Positions 24,725 through 37,305 of a stretch of 64,000 nucleotides of DNA are shown one piece after another. This DNA is from Malacoraja senta (Eukaryota), in NCBI GenBank assembly GCA_038087875.1, contig CM075999.1:2110001-2174000 (forward strand), in the 5' to 3' direction. Every line of letters begins with the position of its first letter. The first letter of the stretch is position 1. Below the pieces are notes generated by a model, which was not told the DNA's origin, did not search any database, and saw only the letters and a list, made by a program, of their open reading frames with translations. A program made the position numbers and the translations under genes.

Positions 24725-25037
24725 GCGGCACGGTGGCGCAGCGGTAGAGTTGCTGCCTCACAGCGCCAGGGACCCAGGTCTGATCCTGACCACGGGTGCA
24801 GTCTGTACGGAGTTTGTATGTTCTCCCCGTGACCCACGTGGGTTTTCTCCGGGTGTTCCGGTTTCCACCCACATTCCAAAGATAAACAGGTTTGGAGGTT
24901 AATTGCCTTAGAATAATTGTAAATTGTCCCTAGTGTGTGTAGGATAGCCTTTGTGTGCGGGGATCGCTGGACGACACGGACTCGGTGGGCCGAAGGGCCT
25001 GTTTCTGTGCTTTATCTCCAAACCAAACTAAATTAAA
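24725..25037 (+). mobile_element. V-SINE, full length
   Basis: A/B boxes, V domain, tail. Confidence 0.9.
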
Positions 25038-26448
25038 CAACTAAGGTTATTCATTGAAAGGTTAAATTATTCCAATTGAAGGTCAGTTCAAATGTACTGA
25101 AAAGCTTCTGAATAGTTATGTTCTTTGTGCTAAATTTCAAAATGTGATAAGATCGCTGCAACCTTTTTAAGAAATGTTAGATTCCAAGTAACAACCCTGT
25201 CACATTTTCATTTTATGCATTTTGAAAGGAGGCTTTCCGGAATATTCTTATCTCTTTCTGATTGACAAATGTCATCTTAGAAAAATGCAAGCATGACTCA
25301 TAATTGTTGAATTTTAATTCTTACGATTGCAATTTGGTTTTAAAATCTGACCTTTTAAATTCTAGCATAACATTTGGCAATTTTGAATGCCCTCAAATCG
25401 GTCTCATGGAAACGTCATTGAATGTCCTAGAATTTCCTGGGGCAGACCTCTGCTCTGAAAAGAACTCCTAGAATTTCTCCCAGTAAATGTGTAGGAAGGA
25501 ACTGCAGATGCTGGTTTGCAGATAGACACAAAAAGCTGGAGTAACTCAGCAGGACAGGCCGCATCTCTGGAGAGAAGGAATGGGTGACGTTTTGGGTCGA
25601 GACCCTTCGTCACCCATTCCTTCTCTCCAGAGATGCTGCCTGTCCTGCTGGGTTACTTCAGCATTTTGTATCATGCATTCTTCTATGTTAGACTTCTAAG
25701 CTAGTCGCAATTCCCGCGCTTGCCCATATCCCTCTTATCCTGTCCTTTCCATGTACTTGTCCAAGAGTCTTTAAAATGCCTTGAGTGTACCTGCCTCAAC
25801 TGCCTCCTTTGGTAGCTTGTTCCATACACCCACAATCACGGAATGAAAAATTGCCCCTCTGGTTCCTATTAAATCTTTCCCCTCTCACCTTATAGCTATA
25901 TCCTCTGGCTCTGACCTTCAGACCACTCCCAGTAGATGTTGGGAATTTGGTTACTCTCATGTGAATGTCAAAGGCCCGCAGTTCCTAACAGAACGTTTCC
26001 AAGGCTCTGGAAACACAAGAAACTGCAGATATGATCATTGCGTGATAAAACCGCGGAATCAGGCCCCACGGCCCAACTTGCCCACGCCGACCAACATGTC
26101 CCACCTGCCTGCATTTGGCCCATATCGCTCCAAACCTGTCCTATCCGTCTACCTGTGTAAATGTTTCTTCAACGTTGTGACAGACCCTGCCTCAACTACC
26201 TCCTCCGGCAACTCATTCCATACACCAACCATCCTTAGTGTAAAAATGTTGCCCCTCTCGTTCCTATGAAATCTTTCCCCTCTCTCCTTAAGCCCATGGT
26301 GCTTAATTCTGTGATTCTGTGCATCTACACAACCTATTCCTCGGGTGCTGTCTGTACGGAGTTTGTGCGTTCTCCCTGTGACCACGTGGGTTTTCGCCGG
26401 GTGCTCAGGTTTCCACCCACACTCCAGCGATGAACAGGTTTGCAGGTT

Positions 26449-26868
26449 TTTTTTGTTTATAGTTTTTTTTTAGTTTAGGAGGGTTTTGTTTTTTTGTTTT
26501 TACTCTTTTTTTTCTTTTTTTCTTTTTGTTTTTATATATATAAGTTCTCTTTTAAACACTTAACTATAGTTACATAGCGACCGGGAGGTCTATGTTCAAT
26601 GTGTATTTTGACACTGGACTCATATTTAGGTTATACCTGTTATTAAATGTAATCCTGTTTCAGAAGGATCTGCAGATGCTGGAAAATTGAAGGTAGACAA
26701 AAATGCTGGAGAAATGCTGCACCCGCTGAGTTTCTCCAGCATTTTTGTGTACCTCCTATTAATGTAATCCTGGTCCCTATGTATCAATATCATTGTTATG
26801 TTTATCATTATTTTTTTGTTGTCTTGTTTTTGCTTTTGAAAAAAACGAATAATAAGATTTTAAAAGAA
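26449..26868 (+). mobile_element. T-rich LINE (L1-like) 3' UTR inserted into a V-SINE, itself containing a PLE-derived palindrome
   Basis: TSD AGGTTTGCAGGTT 26436-26448 / 26869-26881; inner TSD AATGTAATCCTG 26646-26657 / 26761-26772. Confidence 0.7.
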
Positions 26869-27859
26869 AGGTTTGCAGGTTAATTGGCTTCTGTAAAAAA
26901 AAGTAACTTGTCCCTAGTGTGTGGGGTAGTGCTAGTGCATGGGGTGATCGCTAGTCTGACTCGGTGGGCCGAAGGGCCTGTTTCCACGCTGTATTTCTAA
27001 AGTTTAAAGACAGGTAAAAGAACTCCAATAACGTACACGCTTATAGGTTAATTGGCTTGGTAATAATGATAAATTATACGATGTGATACGATAGAACTTT
27101 ATTGATCCCAGGAGGGAAATTGATCTGCCAACAGTCATGAAAACACAAAATACATGATACATGAAATTAAAGTGACGAGTGGAAAGGCTTGGGGGGATGT
27201 GCATAGATTGGGGAGGGTGGGGAGGGGGCGGGGGAGTCAGTCTACCCCAAGACAGAAGAGGGAGGAGTTGTACAGTTTGACAGCCACAGGGAAGAAGGGT
27301 CTCCTGTGGCGTTCTGTCCTGCATCTTGGTGGAACCCTCGTGTGTGTGTAGGGTAGCGTTAATGTGCGTGGATCGCTGGTCCACGCCGTATTTTTAAACT
27401 AAACTAGACGTCTATCAGGAAGGAAGAGGGTTCCTGCAATTGTTGCAACACAAAGGAAAGGCAAGGATCCAAACCTTAGTGAACAATATTTAAGAATTAG
27501 GAATTTAAGGTTAAGGACAGCCACATTGAGTGGAAACCCACCAGGCTCAGAGAGACATCTTGGCTGCACTCAATGTAAATTGTGTAAAACGATGGTTGGC
27601 GGGGCTGTAAAGGATGGATTTACCATACATGGAGTCAGGAAGGGGCATTTTGTCTTTCTCACTGAAATTATAAATTGCCAGCAGCCAGTGATGGCTCGTG
27701 ACCATCTTTGACAGCTGAGGCAATGCTGTGCGTTACCGTGGCAACAAGACCACCGGCCTTTTAAATGAATTACATATTCTGTCGCGGCGTGTCTGAAAGA
27801 TTCCCGCGTAAGTACTTCACACACGTCGTGTCTGTGAATGAATCTCAGCAGTTCCAGCA

Positions 27860-28167
27860 CACCCTGGCCACTCCCTCTTCTCTCCTCTCCCATCTGTGTG
27901 AAAACGCACGCACACCTCCAAGATTCGGGGACAGTTTCTTCCCAGCTGTTATCAGGCAACTGAACCGTCCTACCAACAACCAGAGAGCGGTCCTGAACTA
28001 CTATCTACCTCTTTGGTGACCCTCGGATTATCTTTGATTGGACTTTACCTTGCACTAAACGTCATTCATTCCCTGATCATCTATCTCTACACTGTAAATG
28101 GCTCGATTGTAATCATGTATTGTCTTTCCGCTGGCTGGTTAGCACACAACAAAAAGCTTTCCACTGT
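27860..28167 (+). mobile_element. Rex1/Babar LINE 3' end
   Basis: RFGDSFFPAVIRQLN plus UTR. Confidence 0.85.
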
Positions 28168-28437
28168 CGCTCCGAGTCCGCGCCGGCCAGCGATCCCTGC
28201 ACACTAACACTACCCTACATACACTAGGGACAATTTTACATTATATACCAAGCCAATTAACCTACAAACCTGCGCGTCTTTGGAGTGTGGGAGGAAACTG
28301 GAGAAAACCTCCACATGATCAGAGGGAGAAGGTACAAACTCCATACAGACAGCATCCGTAGTCGGGATCGAACCCGGGTCTCTGGCGCTGTAAGCGCTGT
28401 AAGGCAGCAACTTTACCGCTGCACCACCGTGCCACCC
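28168..28437 (-). mobile_element. V-SINE
   Basis: Reverse complement of consensus. Confidence 0.85.
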
Positions 28438-28869
28438 ATTGGTTCAATAGCTCCCTATCCCCCATTTGAAACAATACCATTTAACGATGAGTTCCTTCTG
28501 TTTAAACAAGAATACATTTCTTTTTGAAGTGTAGGCAACGCAGATGTGAATTTGATTGAGATTATAAACATATGCTTGTTGCCAGCTGCTTGGCTGTAAC
28601 TTTGTGCTAAAGCTATACATACGTATGTCTGGGTGGAAACCCCCAATTCTGATCATCTCAAAGGATAAAAGGAAAGAGGTGGCACATGTTGGAATATGGA
28701 GCAAGATACGAACTCAATGGGCCAAGCAGCATCTGTGGGGGGAAGGAACACTATGTTGCAGCTGTGAAGAAGGTTCTCGACCCGAAAAGTCGCCTAATTC
28801 TTTTCACCAGAGATGCCGCCTGTCCCGCTGAGTTACTCCGCAATTTTCTCTCTTCTGTACAAGGCATTA

Positions 28870-29187
28870 AAGCCCTGTCCCACTGTACGACTTCATTCAA
28901 GAGCTCTCCCGTGTTTGCCCTGATTCGAACTCGGAGATTTGCGGTAATGACCGCTCGTAAGTACTCGGGGCTCTCGTGGACATTTTTCAACATGTTGAAA
29001 AATCTTCACGAGAATTCCCGAGCTTACCCCGTTTCCCGAGTACCTGCCATTAGCGTTACGAGCCGCTAAGAGACGTCCCCGAGCTCCGACGTACCCGCTA
29101 CGTTAATTCTACGTGCTTACCATGAGTTTGATTTTTTTTACAACTCGGGAGAGCTCTTGAATGAACTTGTACAGTGGGACAGGGCTT
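28870..29187. mobile_element. PIF/Harbinger MITE
   Basis: Perfect TIR AAGCCCTGTCCCACTGTAC / GTACAGTGGGACAGGGCTT; TTA TSD 28867-28869 / 29188-29190. Confidence 0.9.
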
Positions 29188-29475
29188 TTAGTATTTTAGT
29201 GTTCGAGATACATCTTCGGACCACCGAGTCCACACCGACCAGCGATCAGCCTTTCACACTGGTTCTATCCTGCTCACACTTGGGACAATTTACAGAAGCC
29301 AATTAACCCACAAATCTGCGCATCTTTGGAATGTGGGAAGAATGTAGGAGCAAACAGGGTGAACGCACAAACTACGTAGAGATAAGGCCATACACCGTTC
29401 AGTTTTGGCCATCCGGCAATAGGAAGGATATTATTAATACGGAGAGAGTGTGGATAAGATTCATGAGGATGTTAG

Positions 29476-30260
29476 TCATAGAGTGATACAGTGTGGAAAC
29501 AGGCCCTTCGGCCCGACTCGCCCACACCGCCCAACAATGTCCCAGCTACCCTAGTCCCACTTGCCTGCGCTTGGTCAATATCCCTCCAAACCTGTCCTAT
29601 CCATGTACCTGTCCAACAGTTTCTTAAACGATGGGATAGTCCCAGCCTCAACTACCTCCTCTGGCAGCTCGTTCCATAATCCCACCACCCTCTGTGTGAA
29701 AAAGTTACCCCTCGGATTCCTATTAAATCTTTTCCCCTTCACCTTGAACCTATGTGCTCTGGTCCTCGATTCTCCTACTCTGGGTAAAAGACTCCCGATG
29801 TTCCCGATGTTGGGGGAGTCCAGAACCAGGGGCCACAGTTTAAGAATAAGGAGTAAGCCATTTAGAACGGAGACGAGGAAACACTTTTTCTCACAGAGAG
29901 TTGTGAGTCTGTGGAATTCTCACCCTCAGAGGGCAGTGGAGGCCGGTTCTCTGGATACTTTCAAGAGAGAGCTAGATAGGGCTCTTAAAGATAGCGGAGT
30001 CAGGGGATATGAGGAGAAGGCAGGAACGGGGTACTAATTGGGGATGATCAGTCATGATCACATTGAATGGCGGTGCTCGCTCGAATGGCCGAATGGCCTA
30101 CTCCTGCACCTATTGTCTATTGTCTATTGTCTCTGTGCATCTACCCGATCTATTCCTCTCATGATTTTGTACACCTCTAAAAGATCTCCCCTCATCCTCC
30201 TGCGCTCCATGGAATAGAGACCCAGCCTGCTCAACCTCTCCCTAGAGCTCACACCCTCTA
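29476..30260 (-). mobile_element. CR1 (HER1-like) 3' end with an opposite-strand CR1 nested at ~29797-30131
   Basis: Minus-strand CR1 resumes after the (CTATTGT)n tail of the nested copy. Confidence 0.9.
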
Positions 30261-30555
30261 GCGCTGACAGAGAGAGGTTGAGCAGGGTAGGACTTTATTC
30301 CTTGGAGCGCAGTAGGATATGGAGTGGTCTTATCAAGTTATGTAAAATCATGAGGGAAATTGATGGGGTAAATGGACAGATAATTTTACCCAGAGCAGGG
30401 AACCAAGAACCAGGGGATATAGTTTTGAAGTGTGAGGGAAAAGATTTAATAGGAACCTGAGGGGCAATTTTTCATTCAGAGTGTGTGGGTGTTTGGAACG
30501 AGCTGCCAGAGGAGGTAGTTGAGGCAGGTACAATAACACCATTTAAAAGACACTT

Positions 30556-30766
30556 GAAGATAGACACAAAAAGCTGGAGTATCTCAGAGGGACAGGCAAC
30601 ATCTCTGGAGAAAAGGAATGGGTGATGTTTCGGGTCAAGATCCTTCTTCAGACTCTGAAGTCTCGACCTGAAACCTCGCCAGAGATGCTGCCTGTCCCGC
30701 TGAGTTCCTCCAGCTTTTTGTGTCTATCTTCGGTTTAAACCAGCATCTGCAGTTCCTTCCTACACA
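30556..30766. mobile_element. Palindromic PLE-derived insertion
   Basis: Inverted arms GAAGATAGACACAAAAAGCTGGAG / CTCCAGCTTTTTGTGTCTATCTTC. Confidence 0.8.
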
Positions 30767-30769
30767 TCA

Positions 30770-31185
30770 GAAGATTGAGGGGGGATCTTATAGAAACTTA
30801 CAAAATTCTTAAGGGGCTGGACAGGCTAGATGCAGGAAGATTATTCCCGATGTTTGGGAAGTCCAGAACTAGGGGTCACAGTTTAAGGATAAGAGGGAAG
30901 TCTTTTAGGACCGAGATGAGAAAAACATTTTTCACACAGAGAGTGGTGAATCTGTGGAATTCTCTGCCACAGAAGGTAGTTAAGGCCAGTTCATTGGCTG
31001 TATTTAAGAGGGAGTTAGATGTGGCCCTTGTGGCTAAAGGGATCAGGGGGTATGGAGAGAAGGCAGGGATGGGATACTGAGTTGGATGATCAGCCATGAT
31101 CATATTGAATGGCGGTGCAGGCTCGAAGGGCCGAATGGCCTACTCCTGCACCTATTTTCTATGTTTCTATGTTTCTATGTTTCTA
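30770..31185 (+). mobile_element. CR1 LINE 3' end
   Basis: [24 protein letters not shown]... Confidence 0.93.
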
Positions 31186-31895
31186 TCAGAAGAATGCATG
31201 TTGGTCGGCATGGACAAGATGGGCTGAAGGGCCTGTTTCCATGCTGTATGACTAATATTTGCTTCTCCCCCTTTGAAGAAAAACAGATTTTTGTCCCTTT
31301 TCAAAAGTTACAAGAAATATGTATAGAAGGCCCAAATTTTACAGTGTGGCTGAAATATTATTCCAAGTAGTTATCCAAGTGATGGCTGGAAGTCAGAAGG
31401 CAAATTATACGTGTCAAAAGAAATTAGGAGCTGTGCAGATGGAATTAAGATGCTTTATGTGAAACATGTCTACTCATGCCAATGTGCTGTGCTGGACAGT
31501 CTTAATTGAAATGCTAGCTCCCTGTGAAGAGACATTAAGATGTCAAGTTATATAAATGGCGTTCGGCAAAGCAATAAAATGCTCGGCTGAAATGAGGAAG
31601 TGAATTGTTTCAATGAGAGACTGGCTGTCAAATTGACCATGGAAATTCCAGCATATGGCATGTGTAAGAAGGAACTTTAAACCATTCCCTCTCTCCCTAT
31701 CCCTCCCCCACCCAAGTCGCTCCAGCTTCTTGTTCTCACCCTACAAACAGCTAACAATGGCCTATTTCCTTTATCATCGATACTTTTTTGCATATCATCC
31801 ATTCATTGTTCTTTATCTCTCCACATCACCGTCTATATCTCTCGTTTCCTTTATCCCTAACCAGCCCAAAATGTTGCACATTCCTTCTCTCCAGC

Positions 31896-32377
31896 ATAGA
31901 AACATAGAAAATAGGAGCAGGAGTAGGCCATTCGGCCCTTCGAGCCTGCACCGCCATTCAATATGATCATGGCTGATCATCCAGTATCCTGTACCTGCCT
32001 TCTCTCCATACCCCCTGATCCCTTTAGCCACAAGGGCCACATCTAACTCCCTCTTAAATATAGCCATTGAACTGGCCTCAACTACCTTCTGTGGCAGAGA
32101 ATTCCACAGATTCACCACTCTCTGTGTAAAAAATGATTTTCTCATCTCGGTCCTAAAAGACTTCCCCCTTATCCTTAAACTGTGACCCCTTGTTCTGGAC
32201 TTCCTCAACATCGGGAACAATCTTCCTGCATCTTAAGAATGTTGTAAGTTTCTATAAGATCCCCCCTCAATCTTCTAAATTCTAGCGAGTACAAGCCGAG
32301 TCTATCCAGTCTTTCTTCATATGAAAGTCCTGACATCCCATGAATCAGTCTGGTGATCCTTCTCTGTACTCCCTCTA
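31896..32377 (-). mobile_element. CR1 LINE 3' end
   Basis: Reverse complement of 13415-13937 type. Confidence 0.92.
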
Positions 32378-32451
32378 TGGCAAGAGCGATACTGCCTGTC
32401 CCGCTGAGTTGCTCCAGTTTTTTGCGTCTACCTCTGCTCTAAAGATAGTTT

Positions 32452-32710
32452 GGGGCGGCACGGTGGCGCAGCGGTAGAGTTGCTGCCTCACAGCACCAGA
32501 GGCCCGGTGACCTGCGTGGGTTTTCTCCGAGATCTTTGGCTTCCTCCCACACCCCAAAGACGCGCAGGTTTGTAGGTTAATTGGCTTGGTATATATGTAA
32601 ATTGTCCCTAGTGTGTGTAGGGTAGTGTTAGTGTGCGTTGATCGCTGGTCGGCACGGACTAGGTGGGCCGAAGGGCCTGTTCCCGCACCGTAGCTCTAAA
32701 CTAAACTGAA
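32452..32710 (+). mobile_element. V-SINE with internal deletion
   Basis: Head and tail present; B-box region deleted. Confidence 0.85.
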
Positions 32711-33066
32711 CTGACGAAGGGTCTCGACCCAAAACGTCACCTATTCCTTTCCTCCAGAGATGCTCTCTGACCCGCTGAGTTACTTCAGCTTTCGTGTGTC
32801 TAAACTCACAGAAAGAATTCATCTGTAACTCAACAGGGTTTGATCTCGAGGGTTAAAATGGCCATTGCAGCTTAGAGCACAGTCATAACACACATCGCAG
32901 AGGCTTCTGAACCACGAAGCTTTGGATCAAAGGGACGCTGGAATTATTGATCAACACACACACATTCACACACTCATAACCCCATATCAACCAGCAACAG
33001 TATCGAAGATTCCTTCCTGTAATCTCCGAGCTAGTTATATCTCCAGTGGCATCGACCCTGACCCTG

Positions 33067-33460
33067 TTGAAACATATATAATTGTTGAGGGTTTGGACAC
33101 GCTAGAGGCAGGAAACATGTTCCCGATGTTGGGGGAGTCCTGAACCAGGGGCCACAGTTTAAGAATAAGGAGTAAGCCATTTAGAACGGAGACGAGGAAA
33201 CACTTTTTCTCACAGAGAGTGGTGAGTCTGTGGAATTCTCTGCCTCAGAGGGCGGTGGAGGCCGGCTCTCTGGATACTTTCAAGAGAGAGCTAGATAGGG
33301 CTCTTAAAAATTAGCGTAGTCGGGGGATATGGGGAGAAGGCAGGAACGGGGTACTGATTGGGGATGATCACCCATGATCACATTGAATGGCGGTGCTGGC
33401 TCGAAGGGCCAAATGGCCTACTCCTGCACCTATTGTCTATTGTCTATTGTCTATTGTCTA
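33067..33460 (+). mobile_element. CR1 LINE 3' end
   Basis: ETYIIVEGLDTLEAGNMFPMLGES*; (CTATTGT)n tail. Confidence 0.92.
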
Positions 33461-33849
33461 TGACAACAAACATAGCCCGTTTCCTTTATCAGCGTTACTT
33501 TTTTGCAAATCTTTCATTAATTTCTTCTATATCTTTCCATAATACCGTCTATATCTCTCGTTTCTCCCCCCCTCCCCCGACTCTCCTTCTGAAGAAGGGT
33601 CTCACAAGGTCGTAAGGTCTTAAGGAATAGGAGCAGAATTAGGCCATCCGGCCCATCAAGTCTACACCGCCATTCAATCACGGCTGATCTATCTCTCCCT
33701 CCTGATGCCACCCGCTCCTTCTCTCCAGAGATGCTGCCTGTCCCGCTGAGTTACTCCAGCGATTAGTCTCCACCTCCTCCTCCTCTCTGATAACTTGGTT
33801 TGAGTTATTCACTGAACAAGCGAAGAGAACATAGCTCGCCTTTTGCTTT

Positions 33850-34005
33850 GTTTAAGAAAGAACTGCAGATGCTGGAAAAATCGAAGATAGCCAAAATTGC
33901 TGGAGAAACTCGGCGGGCGAGGCAGCATCTATGGAGCGAAGGAAATAGGCAACGTTTCGGGTGCTGCCTCACCCGCTGAGTTTCTCCAGCAAATTTGTCT
34001 ACCTT
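33850..34005. mobile_element. Palindromic PLE-derived insertion
   Basis: TSD GCCTTTTGCTTT 33838-33849 / 34006-34017. Confidence 0.85.
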
Positions 34006-34743
34006 GCCTTTTGCTTTTATACTTTCATCAATCACTATGACAATGATGTACCCTTTTAAACTGGACCTGTTCAGCATCACAGCAGAGGCACTAGAGACAA
34101 TCGATGACCAGAGACCCTTCTTAGAAACATTCCTGCACTTGAATGATAGCATATTATTTTATCTGTCAGATGCATTAATGTTTATAGCGTCAAATTTAAA
34201 TGATGCTATTTGAAACCCCGCCAGGCTGGATTTAATTTTATTTTAAAAATGTATCGTGCATCTTAAGAGTTGTTCGGTGTTGAGCTTATCGTTCATCCCG
34301 AATGAAATATTGATCTTGGTGATTATACATTCATTAAATATGATTAATGCAGCTATTTTATTAATTGTAATTTATGACAATGAAGGTGCTCCTTGAAATG
34401 TGATTGTTTCTTGGTGGCAATTTAACCCAAGGTCACCTTGCCTCTCTCTACCTCTCCAAACAACGATGTGTGCTCGCACAATTGGTTATTGAATTCATAA
34501 GTTCGTAGTTCCAGGTGCAGAATAAGGCCATTCGGCCCTTCAAGTCTACTGCGCCATTCAATCATGGCTGATCTATCTCTCCCTCTCAACCCCATTCTCC
34601 TGCCTTCTCCCCATAACCCCTGACACCACCCGTACTAGTCAAGAACAATCAATTAGAAATATCACAGATAGATAGAAACATAGAAAGTAGTTGCAGGAGT
34701 AGGCCATTCGGCCCTTCGAGCCAGCACCACCATTCAATATAAT

Positions 34744-34893
34744 CTTCTTCTTCTACTTCTTCTTGTGTGTGGCGTGCACAGCCTAAAGTTGCAGGACAAC
34801 TTGTTCTATTTGATCTTATTTGATTGTGAATGCCAGGTTGATTGCATTCGTCGAAACTGGGTGGACCACGTGAAGGTTGCAATCTCCCACCCC
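34744..34893 (-). mobile_element. Short non-autonomous retroelement with 5' HDV-like ribozyme (copy 2)
   Basis: TSD ATTCAATATRAT 34732-34743 / 34894-34905 within a CR1 tail; (GAA)n tail. Confidence 0.85.
34840..34893 (-). ncRNA. Predicted minimal HDV-like ribozyme (copy 2)
   Basis: GGGGUGG-GA-GAUUGCA-ACC-UUCACGU-GGU-CCACCCA-GU-UUCGA-CGAA-UGCAAUC. Confidence 0.7.
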
Positions 34894-35977
34894 ATTCAAT
34901 ATGATCATGGCTGATCATCCAGAATCAGAACCCTGTTCCTGCTTTCTCCATTTTTCCCTTGATTCCGTTAGCCCTAAGAGCTAAATCTAACCCTCTCTTG
35001 AATACATTGATATCCGTTGATTTGACCTCCACAGCCGTCTGCGGCAATGGATTCCACAGATTCACCACCCTCTGACTAAAGAATTGGACTCCTATCAGTA
35101 AAATAAAACTGATATTTTTAGTAAGTTAGAAAAATGTTTGACAAATGATAATTGAGTAATATACTCTATCTGTGAATGGAAAATAAACAAACTGCAGATA
35201 CTAGAAATCGCAACGAGAATAAAAATGCTGGAAACACTCAGCAGGTCAGGCAGCATCCGCGGAAAGAGAAACAGAGTTAATATTTTAACTCAGTAAACTT
35301 TTCACCAGAACCCATTTAGTATATAGGCACAAAATGCTGGAGTAACTCAGCGGGTCAGGCAGCATCTCCGGAGAAAAGGAATGGGTGACGTCACCTATAC
35401 CGTCTCCCCAAAGATGCTGCCTGACCTGCAGAGTTACTCCAGCATTTTGTGTCTATCTTCGGAGGAAACCAGCTTCTGCAGTTTCTTCTTATTATGTATT
35501 CAATCACCCCTTCCTTGGAATCCTGGCTCTGGTTATTAACTTATCAACAAAATATCTTATCATTAATATGTATCAACGATTCTAACACACACAAATATTT
35601 CTCTGTTCCAATCAAGGGTTTAAATCGAACTCTCCCTGATCAACCATGGTACTGTTCTATGGAACTACGCTGAGCACATTACACACAGTGTATGAGTCAG
35701 GAAGACATGATACAGGTTTATAGGACTTTGATAGGCACAAAGTGCTGGAGTAACTCAGCGGGTTCAGCCAGCGTCTCCGGGGGAAAATGGATGGGTGACG
35801 TTTCGGGTCGGGACCCTTCTTCAGAATGAAAGTAGGGGGTGAGAGGAAGGGGGGGGCGGGGGGGGAGAAGTAGCCGGAGAGCTGATGGAATTCAAGAGAG
35901 AGTTAGTTATAGCTCTTAGGGCTAACGACATCAAGGGATATGGGGAGAAAGTAGGAACAGGGTACTGATTTTGGATG

Positions 35978-36262
35978 GTAGATAAAAGTGCTGGTGAAAC
36001 TCAGCAGGTGCAGCAGCATCTATGGAGCGAAGGAAATAGGCAACGTTTCGGCCCGAAACCCTTCCGGGTTTCGGCCCAAAACGTTACCTATTTCCTTCCT
36101 GAAGGGTTTTCGGCCCGAAACGTTGCCTATTTCCTTCCTGAAGGGTTTTCGTCCCGAAACGTTGCCTATTTCCTTCGCTCCATAGATGCTGCTGCACCCG
36201 CTGAGTTCCTCCAGCACTTTTGTCTACCTTCGATTTTCCAGCATCTGCAGTTCCTCCTTAAA
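35978..36262. mobile_element. Palindromic PLE-derived insertion with internal tandem expansion, inside a CR1 tail
   Basis: Imperfect TSD TACTGATTKKGGATG 35963-35977 / 36263-36277. Confidence 0.8.
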
Positions 36263-36904
36263 TACTGATTGGGGATGATCAGCCATGATCACATTGAATG
36301 GCGGTGCTGGCTCGAAGGGCCGAATGGCCTACTCCTGCACTTAATATCTATGTTTCTATGTTTCCAGGAGTCGCACAAGGTGGAGCAGCGAGAGAGGGTG
36401 TAGAACTCATATCGGAGAGTGGAGGAGAACCTCTTCAGAGTCGGCACACCACCTTGAGGAGCTTGCGCAGTGGGGAACTGATGCGCAAAGAACTGCAGAT
36501 GCTGGTTTATGCCAACGTTAGAGACAAAGTGCTGGAGGAACTCAGCGGGTCAGGCAGCATCTCTGGAGGAAAAGGATGGGTGACGTTTTGGGTCGAGACA
36601 GTTCTTCAGACTGAAAGTAAGTGGTGGCTGCCTGACCCACTGAGTTACTCCAGCACTTTGTGTCTGTCTTAGGTATATATCAGCATCTGCAGTTCTAAAT
36701 CAGTTTCTACATTTTATAAGACTTTGGTCAGGCTGCGTGTTGAATACTGTATGTAGTTCTAGTTGCTCCATTACAGGAAGCATGTGGCGGCTTTGGAGAG
36801 GGTGCAGAGGAGGTTTACCAGACTGATGTCAGGATTAGACGGTAATTACTATAAGGAGATGTTGGATAGACTTGGATTGTCTTCTCTGGAATGGCAGCGG
36901 GCGA

Positions 36905-37305
36905 GTTTAATTTAGTTTAGTTTAGTTTAGAGATACAGCGCGGAAACAGGCACTTCGGCCCACTGCGTCCGCGCCGACCAGCGATCCCCGCACACTAACA
37001 CTCCCCTACACACACTGGGGACAATTTTTTACATTTACACCAAGCCAATTAACCTACATACCTGCACATCTTTTTGGAGTGTGGGAGGAAACCGAAGATC
37101 TCGGAGAAAACCCGCGTGGTCACGGGGAGAGAACGTGCAAACTCCGTACAGACAGCACCCATAGTCGGGATCGAACCCGGGTCCCTGGCGCTGTTCGGCA
37201 GCAACTCTACCGCTGCGCCACCGTGCCGCCCGACCGGAGCACCCGGAGAAAACCCACGCCGGTCACGGGGAGAACGTGCAAACTCCGTACAGGCAGCGCT
37301 CGTAG
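36905..37305 (-). mobile_element. V-SINE plus partial tandem copy
   Basis: Full copy to ~37231, partial copy follows. Confidence 0.85.

Noticed and set aside
33995..34213. 72-aa ORF in mostly unique sequence
   Set aside because: Starts in a repeat, no recognisable domain or splice structure
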